In this document: piece after piece, positions 42,431 through 51,703 of the stretch
How positions within the stretch are numbered: the first letter of the stretch is position 1
How the letters are laid out: each line of letters begins with the position of its first letter
Source: a virus
Direction: 5' to 3' (one strand)
Virus record (IMG/VR): IMGVR_UViG_3300023176_005537
Span: 64,001-128,000 of that record
Length of the DNA: 64,000 nucleotides
Translations under genes and position numbers: made by a program
The notes under the pieces: generated by a model
Databases searched by the model: none
Told to the model about the DNA's origin: nothing
What the model saw: only the letters and a program-made list of their open reading frames with translations

Positions 42431-43357
42431 ATGGGTTTTATTGACAACAGTGGGGACATTATTTTAGATGCAGTCCTTACAGACCTAGGGAGAGACCTGC
42501 TTTCAAGAGCAGACGGAAGTTATAAGATTACGCATTTTGCTTTGGGCGATGACGAGATTGATTACAGTCTTTATGATGCTACTGCTAGCACTGGAACCGA
42601 GTCTACTTCTTTACGTCAGTTGCCTGTTTTTGAAGCATCTACTGAAAGTTCAATTGGCTTGAAGTACCGTTTGGTTTCAATGACAAACAACAATACTTTG
42701 TTTATGCCGATTGTGAAGCTGAACGAACTTCAAAGAAATACTCAAAAAGCATCTGGTGGGTATTTTGCTGTTTGCGTTGATAAGAATACAGAAGATTTGA
42801 TCTTCACCAACAACACCACTGTTCAGGGTGTTCTGGCCGGTGCAAACCCAACCGAACAAGACACTTTTGTTCTTTTGCATCAAGGTTTAGATACAGACCT
42901 TATCTCACCAAAGCAATCTTTGAGCCCAGAGTTTTTTGAAACTGGCTATGTTGCTGAACTGGACAATCGTTTTGGCTCCGTAGTTTCAGTTGGAACTACC
43001 GCTGTCAATGCTCCTCTGACTTTTATTGACGATGATAATGTTGCATTTTATGATATGTCTTTGGAGTCTGATGGTGGAGAAACAGTTTTCGTTCAGCCAA
43101 TCAGCAACGACACTGATTCGAAATTTATGACAATCTTGGGACCAAGGGGAACTTTCCTGCAATTCAAAATTAAAGCTTCCGAACTTCTCACTACTTCCAC
43201 TACAATCTTTACGGAACTTGGCGGAACAATGAGTTCAACAACTTTTGGAGCATCTGGGACAGACGATCTTTACTTTATTGATGCTATCATTCGAGTTCGA
43301 GCAAAAGTTACAGGATATCAATTGGATATTCCATTAAGATTTATCAAAGAAATTTAA
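42431..43357 (+). CDS. Putative baseplate / tail-collar structural protein
   Basis: DAVLTDLGR.LL...ITHFALGDD resembles the N-terminal half of the tail-collar fibre (DUF3751-like) fold. Confidence 0.55.
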   Translation: MGFIDNSGDIILDAVLTDLGRDLLSRADGSYKITHFALGDDEIDYSLYDATASTGTESTSLRQLPVFEASTESSIGLKYRLVSMTNNNTLFMPIVKLNELQRNTQKASGGYFAVCVDKNTEDLIFTNNTTVQGVLAGANPTEQDTFVLLHQGLDTDLISPKQSLSPEFFETGYVAELDNRFGSVVSVGTTAVNAPLTFIDDDNVAFYDMSLESDGGETVFVQPISNDTDSKFMTILGPRGTFLQFKIKASELLTTSTTIFTELGGTMSSTTFGASGTDDLYFIDAIIRVRAKVTGYQLDIPLRFIKEI

Positions 43358-43373
43358 TTCAAAGGGATAAAAA

Positions 43374-44504
43374 ATGGCTGGTACGACTAAAAAAATTACC
43401 AAAACTCAACCAATTACAACCAAATTAAGGGAATCTATCCCTATTACCGGTTCAATTGTGTCTGGGACATACGCAGAACCGAACGGTGCAGGAACAACCT
43501 CGAACATTAAAGAGTATACTCACGAGATGTTCCAATCTGTTTACGACTATCCTTATGCTTCCTCCTCGGCAAACCATCTTTTTGATTTGACCGCTGGGTA
43601 TAGTACGAATTCCGACTTGGATGGTGTCACTGGAGAGGTGTCTGGCTCCAAAAAGAACAACATTTACAACGAAATGGCACAAGTTCTTGTTGGTTTTGAC
43701 ATCAACAACAACATTCATCGCTTCGATAAAGATGGAGACCTTACTGGTGGTGCAAAGTTTGATGAAGTAATCACAATCAACGTTGCTCGTCTTTTGGCAA
43801 AAGATGGAATTCAGAAAGGAACGTTTGAGTTGGAGCTTGGCGTTTCTGGATCGGACGCTGGGTATGCTGCTCCGTTTACTCAAAGAATTAAGATTAAAGA
43901 CCTTAATGGGACTTCTTCTTACAAAGTAAACTCCCCCAAGGGAGAGTACGGTATTCTTTACGCAAACAACTCCACAGGTACTCCTTTGGATGGTGTTGGT
44001 ATTGATCCAACAGATAAAACTGCTCCTTGTGGTTTGATTTACTACCAAGCCGGCGTGGCAGTCCTTTCTGCTTCGATGTTTATGCCATCTGCCAATGGTG
44101 GGATTATGAGTGCGTCTACCAACAACTTGCTTTGGCTTTCTTCTTCGTCTAGACAAGAAGATATTCACGAGATTTTGACTTCAGGCTCGATTGAAGAAGT
44201 TGCAACTGGACTTCGCAGAAGAATGTACAATATGACATTCAACAACACTACGAACTTGGTTTCAACAATGTACTTCTGCGATATTGAGCCGGAAGATTTC
44301 AACTTCAGTGCCAACCCGACTTACCTGACGGGAAGCAAGATTAGAGTTAAAGGAAACGACCCACAATCTCCTCCCAAGGCTTATATCACCACTGTTGGCC
44401 TTTACAACGGAGCAGATCAGCTTCTTGCAGTTGCAAAACTTTCCAAACCAATTGAAAATAACCCCGCACAAGCCTTGAAAATCAAAGTGCGCCTTGACTA
44501 CTAA
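43374..44504 (+). CDS. Putative baseplate/tail structural protein
   Basis: C-terminal FNFSANPT...YITTVGLYN..QLLAVAKLSKP..KVRLDY. Confidence 0.6.
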   Translation: MAGTTKKITKTQPITTKLRESIPITGSIVSGTYAEPNGAGTTSNIKEYTHEMFQSVYDYPYASSSANHLFDLTAGYSTNSDLDGVTGEVSGSKKNNIYNEMAQVLVGFDINNNIHRFDKDGDLTGGAKFDEVITINVARLLAKDGIQKGTFELELGVSGSDAGYAAPFTQRIKIKDLNGTSSYKVNSPKGEYGILYANNSTGTPLDGVGIDPTDKTAPCGLIYYQAGVAVLSASMFMPSANGGIMSASTNNLLWLSSSSRQEDIHEILTSGSIEEVATGLRRRMYNMTFNNTTNLVSTMYFCDIEPEDFNFSANPTYLTGSKIRVKGNDPQSPPKAYITTVGLYNGADQLLAVAKLSKPIENNPAQALKIKVRLDY

Positions 44505-44523
44505 ATTATTAAGGAGGTAAAAA

Positions 44524-45714
44524 GTGTCTTTGTATAAATTTAACAAGGGCGACACCCTGCTTAATACTTTGGTAGCGAGACCTTCCTATAATTTTTTCAT
44601 TTATCAGAATGATCTCTACCTTAATGAACATGAGCCAATGTCTGGAGCTTACTCGTCTAGCGTTACAAATGTTCCACCGGGCTATGTCAACCTTTATGAA
44701 CTAAACGTCAACCGATCTTCTAGCAATTTAATCTATCCTTTTGTTTATCCTAGGTACGATCAAACATTTGCCTTGTCCAGTTTGCCGACTTCTTCTCAAG
44801 TTCAGCAGATCACAGGTTCTATTTCGGGGTCTTATCCACTTTCTTCGTCGATCAGTTTGTTTTATTTTGCTAGTACTGATGCAACTGTAAAGCACAAGCT
44901 GCTTTCTTTGAAGAATACGATCAATTATTATCGCCCTATGAGCCCACATTTCAACTATTCAGGTCAGATCCCTGCCGGCTCGACCTATAGAACAAGGAAT
45001 TTGGACGAAGAAAACATTAATTTGATCAATATTCCTGCAATTATCACTGGAAATAACATTAAAAAAGGCTCTGTTTCTTTGAAATATTATGTTTCCGGCA
45101 CAATGGTTGCGGAATTGACAGATTACAAGAACGAAAGAGGCGAATTGGTTCAAGTTTCCGGAGCAATTGCAGCAAATGATGGCAAAGTAGCAGGGTTGGT
45201 TCTTTATAATGAAGGATTTATCCTTCTTACGGGGGCTTGGGCTTTGGATACCAGCCACCAAGAAGATTACATTGGCGATGGAAATGACAATCCCAAGTGG
45301 ATTTACTATGGAAGTGCCTTATCAGAGACCTTTACAGGTATCTCAACGCCATCTTCCAGTTATACTTTTGACTTTCAAGCAACAGAAAAGATTCCAAACT
45401 TAACTATGTTAGCTCACGCTAATAGAGGGGAGTTGAATTATTCAAATAATCCAACTTTTATCTCTTCTAGTTCAACGTTGCCGACGATTACAACAGGTTC
45501 TCTTTATTATAAAGAAAACCCAGAAAGAGCAATCAAGAACATTGTGTCTTCTTCTTTCACACAAACCACCGGTTCGTTTGAAAAGATCACTTACATCACC
45601 AAAATTGGTATTTATGATGAATATAAGAACCTGATCGCAGTTGCTAACTTGGCAAACCCTGTTAGAAAAAGAGAAAAAGATTCATTCACATTTAAGTTAA
45701 AAATGGATTTATAA
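44524..45714 (+). CDS. Putative baseplate/tail structural protein, paralog of 43374-44504
   Basis: C-terminal NYSNNPT...YITKIGIYD..NLIAVANLANP..KLKMDL; GTG start after AAGGAGG. Confidence 0.6.
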   Translation: MSLYKFNKGDTLLNTLVARPSYNFFIYQNDLYLNEHEPMSGAYSSSVTNVPPGYVNLYELNVNRSSSNLIYPFVYPRYDQTFALSSLPTSSQVQQITGSISGSYPLSSSISLFYFASTDATVKHKLLSLKNTINYYRPMSPHFNYSGQIPAGSTYRTRNLDEENINLINIPAIITGNNIKKGSVSLKYYVSGTMVAELTDYKNERGELVQVSGAIAANDGKVAGLVLYNEGFILLTGAWALDTSHQEDYIGDGNDNPKWIYYGSALSETFTGISTPSSSYTFDFQATEKIPNLTMLAHANRGELNYSNNPTFISSSSTLPTITTGSLYYKENPERAIKNIVSSSFTQTTGSFEKITYITKIGIYDEYKNLIAVANLANPVRKREKDSFTFKLKMDL

Positions 45715-45716
45715 TG

Positions 45717-45725
45717 TGGTATAAT
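45717..45725 (+). promoter_or_regulatory. Extended -10 promoter for the RuvC-like gene
   Basis: TGGTATAAT, then GGAGG and ATG 45744. Confidence 0.55.
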
Positions 45726-45743
45726 GTATCTTTGGAGGTTTAA

Positions 45744-46262
45744 ATGATATTAGGTTTAGATGTTAGCACAAGCATAACTGGAATTTGTGTACTTGACAAA
45801 GAAGAAAATATAGTTTATAATTCTGCTGTGGATACTAGAAAATACAAAAATATGTACGAAAAAGCAGAAAAAGTAAAAGAAAAGCTTAAAGAATTAAAAA
45901 AAGAATATGATATTAATAGCATTTATATTGAAAAGTCTTTGCAATCTTTTAGATCAGGCTTCTCCTCTGCGAAAGTTCTTTCAACATTATCTGCTTTCAA
46001 CGGGATTGTATCTTGGTTCTGTTATGAGATCTATGGAATTTCACCAGAATACATTTCGGCTTCCTCCGCAAGAAAAGATTGCGGTATCAAAGTTCCAAAA
46101 GGCCAAAAGGCAAAGCCCTTTGTTTTAGGAGTTCTGGTGAAAGAAGGTCTAATAAATCCAGAATACACGAAAAAAGGAAATCCAAAACCTATTTATTACG
46201 ATATGTCAGATGCGATTGTCATTGCAAAATCAGGATTTTTAAAAAGGAGAGCAAATAAATGA
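45744..46262 (+). CDS. RuvC-like Holliday junction resolvase
   Basis: ILGLDVSTSITG, IYIEK, D..DAIVIA acidic catalytic pattern. Confidence 0.85.
   Translation: MILGLDVSTSITGICVLDKEENIVYNSAVDTRKYKNMYEKAEKVKEKLKELKKEYDINSIYIEKSLQSFRSGFSSAKVLSTLSAFNGIVSWFCYEIYGISPEYISASSARKDCGIKVPKGQKAKPFVLGVLVKEGLINPEYTKKGNPKPIYYDMSDAIVIAKSGFLKRRANK
45793..45821 (+). promoter_or_regulatory. Consensus sigma70 promoter inside the RuvC-like gene
   Basis: TTGACA-N17-TATAAT exact match. Confidence 0.55.
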
Positions 46263-46699
46263 AAATCACTAAAAAGCTTTTGATGAAGATCATCAAAGAA
46301 GAATTGGTTAGAGAAAGTATGAGCGATTGGCAGGCACACGACCGAAGAGAACGAGGTTTGCCCCCGCTAAAGGCCAATTACGACATTTCCAATAGTATCC
46401 CTCCTGATGGATATGTCCCGCCTCCCGAGCCCAAACTCGAAAACCCCCCTCCCCTTCCACCTGCGACAGAGCAAGATCTGGAAAAAGGAAGAATGGTCAG
46501 TTTTGACGGCCCCTATGAACAACAGATTCATTTCTTGAAAATGCATAATCAATGGTTAAGAAGAGTGTATATGAAGCCTCGCGTAAAGGGCTACGAGAGC
46601 CTAAGCCGGCTTGAGCAACTTAAAGTCCTAGCCAACGGTCCCAATCCCGGTGCGGTCCACGCAGACAAGGGAAGCTTGGAAGACTACCCTCTGGCATAA
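46259..46699 (+). CDS. Hypothetical protein with a KIIKEE leader and Pro-rich core
   Basis: MKITKKLLMKIIKEELVRE N-terminus; AGGAG RBS; CTATTTAT at 46189. Confidence 0.7.
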   Translation: MKITKKLLMKIIKEELVRESMSDWQAHDRRERGLPPLKANYDISNSIPPDGYVPPPEPKLENPPPLPPATEQDLEKGRMVSFDGPYEQQIHFLKMHNQWLRRVYMKPRVKGYESLSRLEQLKVLANGPNPGAVHADKGSLEDYPLA

Positions 46700-46712
46700 T
46701 AAAACAAATCAC

Positions 46713-46741
46713 TTGACAACACCCCCCATTCTTGATATAAT
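46713..46741 (+). promoter_or_regulatory. Consensus sigma70 promoter for the primase operon
   Basis: TTGACA-N17-TATAAT with TG extension, in the intergenic gap. Confidence 0.8.
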
Positions 46742-46770
46742 GTGTGTAACTTTTTCAAAGGAAACCACAC

Positions 46771-47694
46771 ATGAAAGAACTATCCATCCTTAAAAACACA
46801 TTAGATTATGCTTACTCCAAAGGGAGCGAGCATCTTTTCTATTGTCCTTTCTGCAAGCATCACAAACCAAAAATGTCTGTTAACATCTCTAAAAACGTAT
46901 TCAAGTGCTGGGTTTGTGACACAAGCGGTAAAAACGTCTATTACCTTCTAAAAAGATTTGGCTCATTTGATAATCAACAAGAATGGCTGAAGATCACAAA
47001 TCAGATCGATGTTCGCGATTTTGAACTGATCATAACAGGTTCGACAGTCCAAGAAAAGATCAAACAAAAGATCGATCTACCAAAAGAATACAAGCCTCTT
47101 TTTACAGGTTCAATTGACCTTTATTCTCAAAAGCCCCTGAATTATCTTAAATCAAGGGGTTTTTCGCAAGAAAAGATCCTAGAATGGAAGGTTGGATATT
47201 GCCCATCAGGAGAGTACAAAGGAAGAGTAATCATTCCTTCTTTTGATGATGAGGGAGATGTTAGTTATTTTATCTCTAGAACATACGAAAAAGATTGGAA
47301 AAAGTACAAAAACCCAAAAGCATCAAAAGATATTGTATTCAATGACCTTTTGATTGATTGGGAAAAACCAATCATCTTGGTTGAAGGTGTTTTTGATGCG
47401 ATCCATGAAAAGAATATGATCCCGATCTTGGGATCAACCCTCTCAGAAAGATCAGACCTTTTTCAAAAGATTGTTGAAAAAGCCAAGAAGGTTTTTATTG
47501 CTTTAGATCCAGATGCTTACAAAAAAGAGCTTGACATTATCTCAAGTTTGATCAAATATGGAGTAGACGTTTGGAAAATAGAAGTTCCAGAAGGGAAAGA
47601 TTTGAACGACATTTCAAAATATGAATATCAAAGACTAAAAATGACAGCAGTTGAAGTTAGATTTGATACTTTATTTTCAATGATTAACATATAG
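46771..47694 (+). CDS. DNA primase (Zn finger + TOPRIM)
   Basis: CPFC..H...CWVC, RVIIP, KYKNP, LVEGVFD, ALDPD, GKD motifs. Confidence 0.9.
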   Translation: MKELSILKNTLDYAYSKGSEHLFYCPFCKHHKPKMSVNISKNVFKCWVCDTSGKNVYYLLKRFGSFDNQQEWLKITNQIDVRDFELIITGSTVQEKIKQKIDLPKEYKPLFTGSIDLYSQKPLNYLKSRGFSQEKILEWKVGYCPSGEYKGRVIIPSFDDEGDVSYFISRTYEKDWKKYKNPKASKDIVFNDLLIDWEKPIILVEGVFDAIHEKNMIPILGSTLSERSDLFQKIVEKAKKVFIALDPDAYKKELDIISSLIKYGVDVWKIEVPEGKDLNDISKYEYQRLKMTAVEVRFDTLFSMINI

Positions 47695-47703
47695 GAGACA
47701 CAA

Positions 47704-48099
47704 ATGATTGAATTTTTGAAGCAACAAGGCGTTTATGAACTGGTTTGGTTTTTAGGTGGTATTCTAGCTTACATGACTCTGCAATTTGTTGTAGGTGTAA
47801 CACAAGCATTCAAGCTTATGAGGTCTGCAATGTATCTATCTCTTTCTTTTCTTTTGCAGGTTTATGTCGACACTAGACAAGAAATCCAAGAGCAAAAAGA
47901 AAGCTTCAAAAGAATGAATCCAGATTACACAGACTATGCTCTAGAAAAAGAGTTTGATAAAAGAGAGAAAGACGTTGATCTCTGGAGAGACAAGGCATTC
48001 AAAGAATTGCACGGATTATCTCCGGTAGTGTTTAATGCTGTAAGAAGTGAAATTAATGAAAAAATAGAAGAAGTTAAAAAGGGAGGTCTTAATGACTAA
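47704..48099 (+). CDS. Hypothetical membrane protein
   Basis: One or two N-terminal hydrophobic segments; AGGAG RBS. Confidence 0.65.
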   Translation: MIEFLKQQGVYELVWFLGGILAYMTLQFVVGVTQAFKLMRSAMYLSLSFLLQVYVDTRQEIQEQKESFKRMNPDYTDYALEKEFDKREKDVDLWRDKAFKELHGLSPVVFNAVRSEINEKIEEVKKGGLND

Positions 48100-51000
48100 G
48101 TTCGCTCACATCGCAGATACCCATATCAAAAACCTTAAATATCACTACGAGTATGATCTAGTTTTCAAGCAACTTTACAAAGAATTGAAAAAAGAAAAGC
48201 CAGATTATATCATTCATTGTGGTGATATTGCCCACACCAAGACCCAAATCTCACCAGAATTTGTTGAAATCTGCTCTGATTTCTTCAAGAACTTGGCAGA
48301 AATTGCACCAACTTATATTATCTTGGGGAACCACGACGGAAACCTACGCAATAAAAGCCGTCAGGATGCCATTTCTCCCATTGTAGATGCCCTAGGTATA
48401 GCTAACCTCCATTTGATCAAGAACGCGGCTAAAATAAGGCTTCCAGAGCCTTTTACGCTGAATGTGTTGAGCATCTTTGACGAAGACAATTGGGATCTAA
48501 CACAAGATCTCGATCGCATCAACATTGCTCTTTACCATGGAGCAGTCAAAGGGTCGAAAACCGACGTTGGGTATGTGATCGAACACGGTGATGTTGAGAT
48601 CAAAGATCTTAAAAAGTTTGATTATGGTTTTTTGGGAGACATTCACAAGACAAATCAGAAGATCGATCGCAAAGGGAAGATCAGATATGCTGGTTCGACT
48701 GTACAACAGAACTTTGGCGAGACAGATGACAAGGGTTTTTTGATTTGGGAGATTGAAGATAAGGACAAGTTTTCTGTTCGGCATATTCTTTTGGAAAACC
48801 CAAAACCTTTTGTTACAATTAAGCTAACAAAGAAAGGCAAAATTCCAAAATCCGCCAAGCCAAAGCCCGGCTCTAGGATCAGGTTGGTGTCTGAAAGCAA
48901 CATCACGCTCGATGTCCTTAAAAAAGCCATTGAAGACGCTAAAATTGACTTTAAAGCAGAGTCTGTCACTCACTTGAGCAAAGCAGAATTGGCTAAAAAG
49001 AGCGTTGAACTGAAAGACAACGAGATTGAGAACCTTCGAGATGTAGAAGTCCAGAAAAAACTGATGAAAGAGTATCTAGAAGAATTTGAAGTTGAAGATG
49101 ACATTATGGACAAGATTGTAGAACTTAATGCAAAGTACAATTCACTGGTTGAAGGTAATGATGATCAGTTTCGCAATTTAAACTGGAAAATGAAATCCAT
49201 GGAGTGGGAAAACCTTTTCAACTATGGGGGTGATAACTCGCTAGACTTTGAAAAAATGAAAGGAATCATCGGGATCTTTGGGAAAAACTACTCCGGAAAA
49301 TCCAGCATTATTGACTCTTTTCTCCTAGGAGCGTTTAACACCACTTCAAAGCCGGCAAAGAAGAATATTTCCTTTATTAATCAAAACAAGGAAGATGCTA
49401 GCATCGAGCTTAAATTTGACATTGGAGGAGAAGAGTACACTATTTCCAGAAGTATTGAAAAATACGTTAAAAAACTGAAAGGAAAGACAACAGACGAAGC
49501 AAAAGTGAATGTTGATTTCTCTTATTTTGACCCTGCTGCGAAGAAAGTTGTAGAATTGAACGGAAACACAAGAGCAGAGACAGATAGAAATATTCGCAAA
49601 TATATTGGTTCAATTGAAGATTTTCTGATCACATCAATGTCGGCACAGCATGGAGCATTGCAATTTGTGAACGAAGGCTCCACCAAGCGTAAGGAAATCT
49701 TGGCAAAATTCCTAGATTTGGTGTTTTTTGAAGAAAAATTCAAAGCAGCAAAAGAAGACTCCAGAGACCTTAAAGCTCTGATCAAAAAAGAAGAAGAAAG
49801 AAACTTTAAAGACGAGATTTTTGAACAAGAAAGCGCCTTAATCTATAATCAATTAGATTTGGATGAGAAGAAAGAATGCTGTGATCTTCTGAAAGAAGAG
49901 AAGAAAGAAATGGAAAAAGAACTTTCTCTTTTAGAGCACAAAATCAAGTCAGTTCCAGCAAAAATCATCAACGTTGAAAAGTGTAGAAAAGAGTTGAAAA
50001 ACTCAAATCAAATCTTGGAAACCTTGAAGTCAAGCCAAGCTGCGTTGGAAAGCCAGAAAGAAGAGAAAAGTGCTTATTTGAATAAAATCAAAGAGTTCCT
50101 TTCTACTTTTGATCCGGAAGAATATTACCAATCTTACGAGGTCGGTAAAGAAAAAGCCAAGCAAGTTAAATTGATCTTAAATGAGGTAAAACAAGAGGAA
50201 ATCAAGAAGAAGATGGAAGAGAAAAAGATCTCTCTTCTTGATCAAGTTCCTTGTGGAGATCAGTTCAAAACTTGCAAATTCATTAAAGACGCTTTTGTGG
50301 CAAAAACAACAGTTTCAGAGTTGGAATTGGCACTAAAAGGACTTCAGAAGGAAAAAGAAGAAGCACAGAACTATATTGACAGCGACGAATACAAGAAGGC
50401 AGAAGAGTATGTTCAAAACTACGAAAAATTAGTTGAGAAAAAGAACAAAGTTAACTCTGAATTGCTTAAGTTGAAGAACAAAGTGCTTCAGGGTCAAACT
50501 AAGGTTTCATCCACTGAAAGCATTATTTCTGAATTGAAGTCCGACATTAAAGAATACGAAGATAACAGAGAAGCAATTGAAAACTTGGAAGCCCTAGCAA
50601 AAGAAAAAAAGCAACTTAAAAAAGACCTTAAACAAAAAGAAAACGAATATAACACCTGTGAAGCAGAATATATTCACCTTCATACTGTTAAGGGACAAAT
50701 TGAGCAAAAGCTGGAAACTGTCAAAAAAGAGGCAGAAGAATATGAAGAAAATAAAAAGAAGTTCGCAGCATATCATTTGTTCATGACTTGCTATCATAAC
50801 TCTGGCATCTCATATGAGATTATCAAGAAAAGGCTCCCAAAGATCAACGAAGAGGTTCAAAAGATCCTGACAGGAATTGTTGATTTCGAAGTTTTCTTTG
50901 AAACAGAAGAAAAGAAATTGAATATTCTTATTCAACACCAAGGGCACGATCCTAGACCGCTAGAATTAGGCTCCGGAGCCGAAAAGTCCATTGCCGCCAT

Positions 51001-51241
51001 GGCTATAAGGCTGGCTCTATTGAATGTCTCTTCTCTTCCAAAGAGTGATATTTTCATTCTAGACGAGCCGGGAACAGCATTGGATGAAAGCAATCTGGAA
51101 GGCTTTACCAGAATACTTCAAATGATTAAAAACTACTTTAAAACTGTTTTGATCATAAGTCATATGGATTCTCTCAAGGACATTGTTGACTCGACAATTG
51201 ATATTGACAGAGTTGACGGATTTGCGAGAGTAAATCAGTAA
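48092..51241 (+). CDS. Fused SbcD/Mre11 nuclease and SbcC/Rad50 ATPase (T4 gp47-gp46-like)
   Basis: HIADTH, GDIAH, GNHD, GDIH metallophosphoesterase motifs; Walker A GKNYSGKSS; long coiled coil; GSGAE signature; FILDEP Walker B; IISH. Confidence 0.92.
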   Translation: MTKFAHIADTHIKNLKYHYEYDLVFKQLYKELKKEKPDYIIHCGDIAHTKTQISPEFVEICSDFFKNLAEIAPTYIILGNHDGNLRNKSRQDAISPIVDALGIANLHLIKNAAKIRLPEPFTLNVLSIFDEDNWDLTQDLDRINIALYHGAVKGSKTDVGYVIEHGDVEIKDLKKFDYGFLGDIHKTNQKIDRKGKIRYAGSTVQQNFGETDDKGFLIWEIEDKDKFSVRHILLENPKPFVTIKLTKKGKIPKSAKPKPGSRIRLVSESNITLDVLKKAIEDAKIDFKAESVTHLSKAELAKKSVELKDNEIENLRDVEVQKKLMKEYLEEFEVEDDIMDKIVELNAKYNSLVEGNDDQFRNLNWKMKSMEWENLFNYGGDNSLDFEKMKGIIGIFGKNYSGKSSIIDSFLLGAFNTTSKPAKKNISFINQNKEDASIELKFDIGGEEYTISRSIEKYVKKLKGKTTDEAKVNVDFSYFDPAAKKVVELNGNTRAETDRNIRKYIGSIEDFLITSMSAQHGALQFVNEGSTKRKEILAKFLDLVFFEEKFKAAKEDSRDLKALIKKEEERNFKDEIFEQESALIYNQLDLDEKKECCDLLKEEKKEMEKELSLLEHKIKSVPAKIINVEKCRKELKNSNQILETLKSSQAALESQKEEKSAYLNKIKEFLSTFDPEEYYQSYEVGKEKAKQVKLILNEVKQEEIKKKMEEKKISLLDQVPCGDQFKTCKFIKDAFVAKTTVSELELALKGLQKEKEEAQNYIDSDEYKKAEEYVQNYEKLVEKKNKVNSELLKLKNKVLQGQTKVSSTESIISELKSDIKEYEDNREAIENLEALAKEKKQLKKDLKQKENEYNTCEAEYIHLHTVKGQIEQKLETVKKEAEEYEENKKKFAAYHLFMTCYHNSGISYEIIKKRLPKINEEVQKILTGIVDFEVFFETEEKKLNILIQHQGHDPRPLELGSGAEKSIAAMAIRLALLNVSSLPKSDIFILDEPGTALDESNLEGFTRILQMIKNYFKTVLIISHMDSLKDIVDSTIDIDRVDGFARVNQ

Positions 51242-51248
51242 AAAGCAC

Positions 51249-51265
51249 CTATTTATATATAAATA
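51249..51265 (+). promoter_or_regulatory. Candidate late promoter (CTATTTAT followed by T4-type TATAAATA)
   Basis: CTATTTAT at 51249-51256 and TATAAATA at 51258-51265 in a 42-nt gap. Confidence 0.5.
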
Positions 51266-51283
51266 TGTAAAAGGTGTCCAATA

Positions 51284-51703
51284 ATGATCAAGATTAAGTT
51301 CCTCAAAAAACTCCCCGTTTCAGGAGGCAAATGCCCTCCTGCCACACAAGATCTGAAACTAAACACCAAAAATAGAAACGCTTCAATTAAGGCAGAACAC
51401 ATCCAATACGGCCCTTTAAACCTATCTGACGAGGCTTATTGGGAAAGAGCCGCAGAACATTGGAACACCACTCCTGCCGTGGCTAAAAAGTCCAAATGCG
51501 GCAATTGTGTTGCTTTTGATATTTCACCTAGAATGGATGATTGTATGCCCGGCCCTGTGTCCGATAAGGATGGCCGTTTGGGTTACTGCTGGATGCACCA
51601 CTTCAAATGCCACAGTGCGAGAACATGCTACACATGGGCAGCAGGTGGGCCAATCAAAGAAGACAAAGTTTCCCTTGAATGGCAAGAAAAGGGTGAAAAA
51701 TAA
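51284..51703 (+). CDS. Cys-rich hypothetical protein (possible metal / Fe-S binding)
   Basis: CGNC.AF...C...GYC..H.FKC...RTC..W. Confidence 0.7.
   Translation: MIKIKFLKKLPVSGGKCPPATQDLKLNTKNRNASIKAEHIQYGPLNLSDEAYWERAAEHWNTTPAVAKKSKCGNCVAFDISPRMDDCMPGPVSDKDGRLGYCWMHHFKCHSARTCYTWAAGGPIKEDKVSLEWQEKGEK

Noticed and set aside
43452-44168. 238-aa - strand ORF (and the many other short antisense ORFs in the track)
   Set aside because: Lies fully antisense to well-supported + strand genes, with no motifs; shadow ORFs
45744-46262. TnpB/Cas12-like RuvC nuclease or transposase
   Set aside because: Only 172 aa, no Zn ribbon or REC/WED region and no flanking repeats or array; fits a stand-alone resolvase
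47531-47560. TTGACA inside the primase gene as a promoter
   Set aside because: No acceptable -10 hexamer at 16-18 nt spacing
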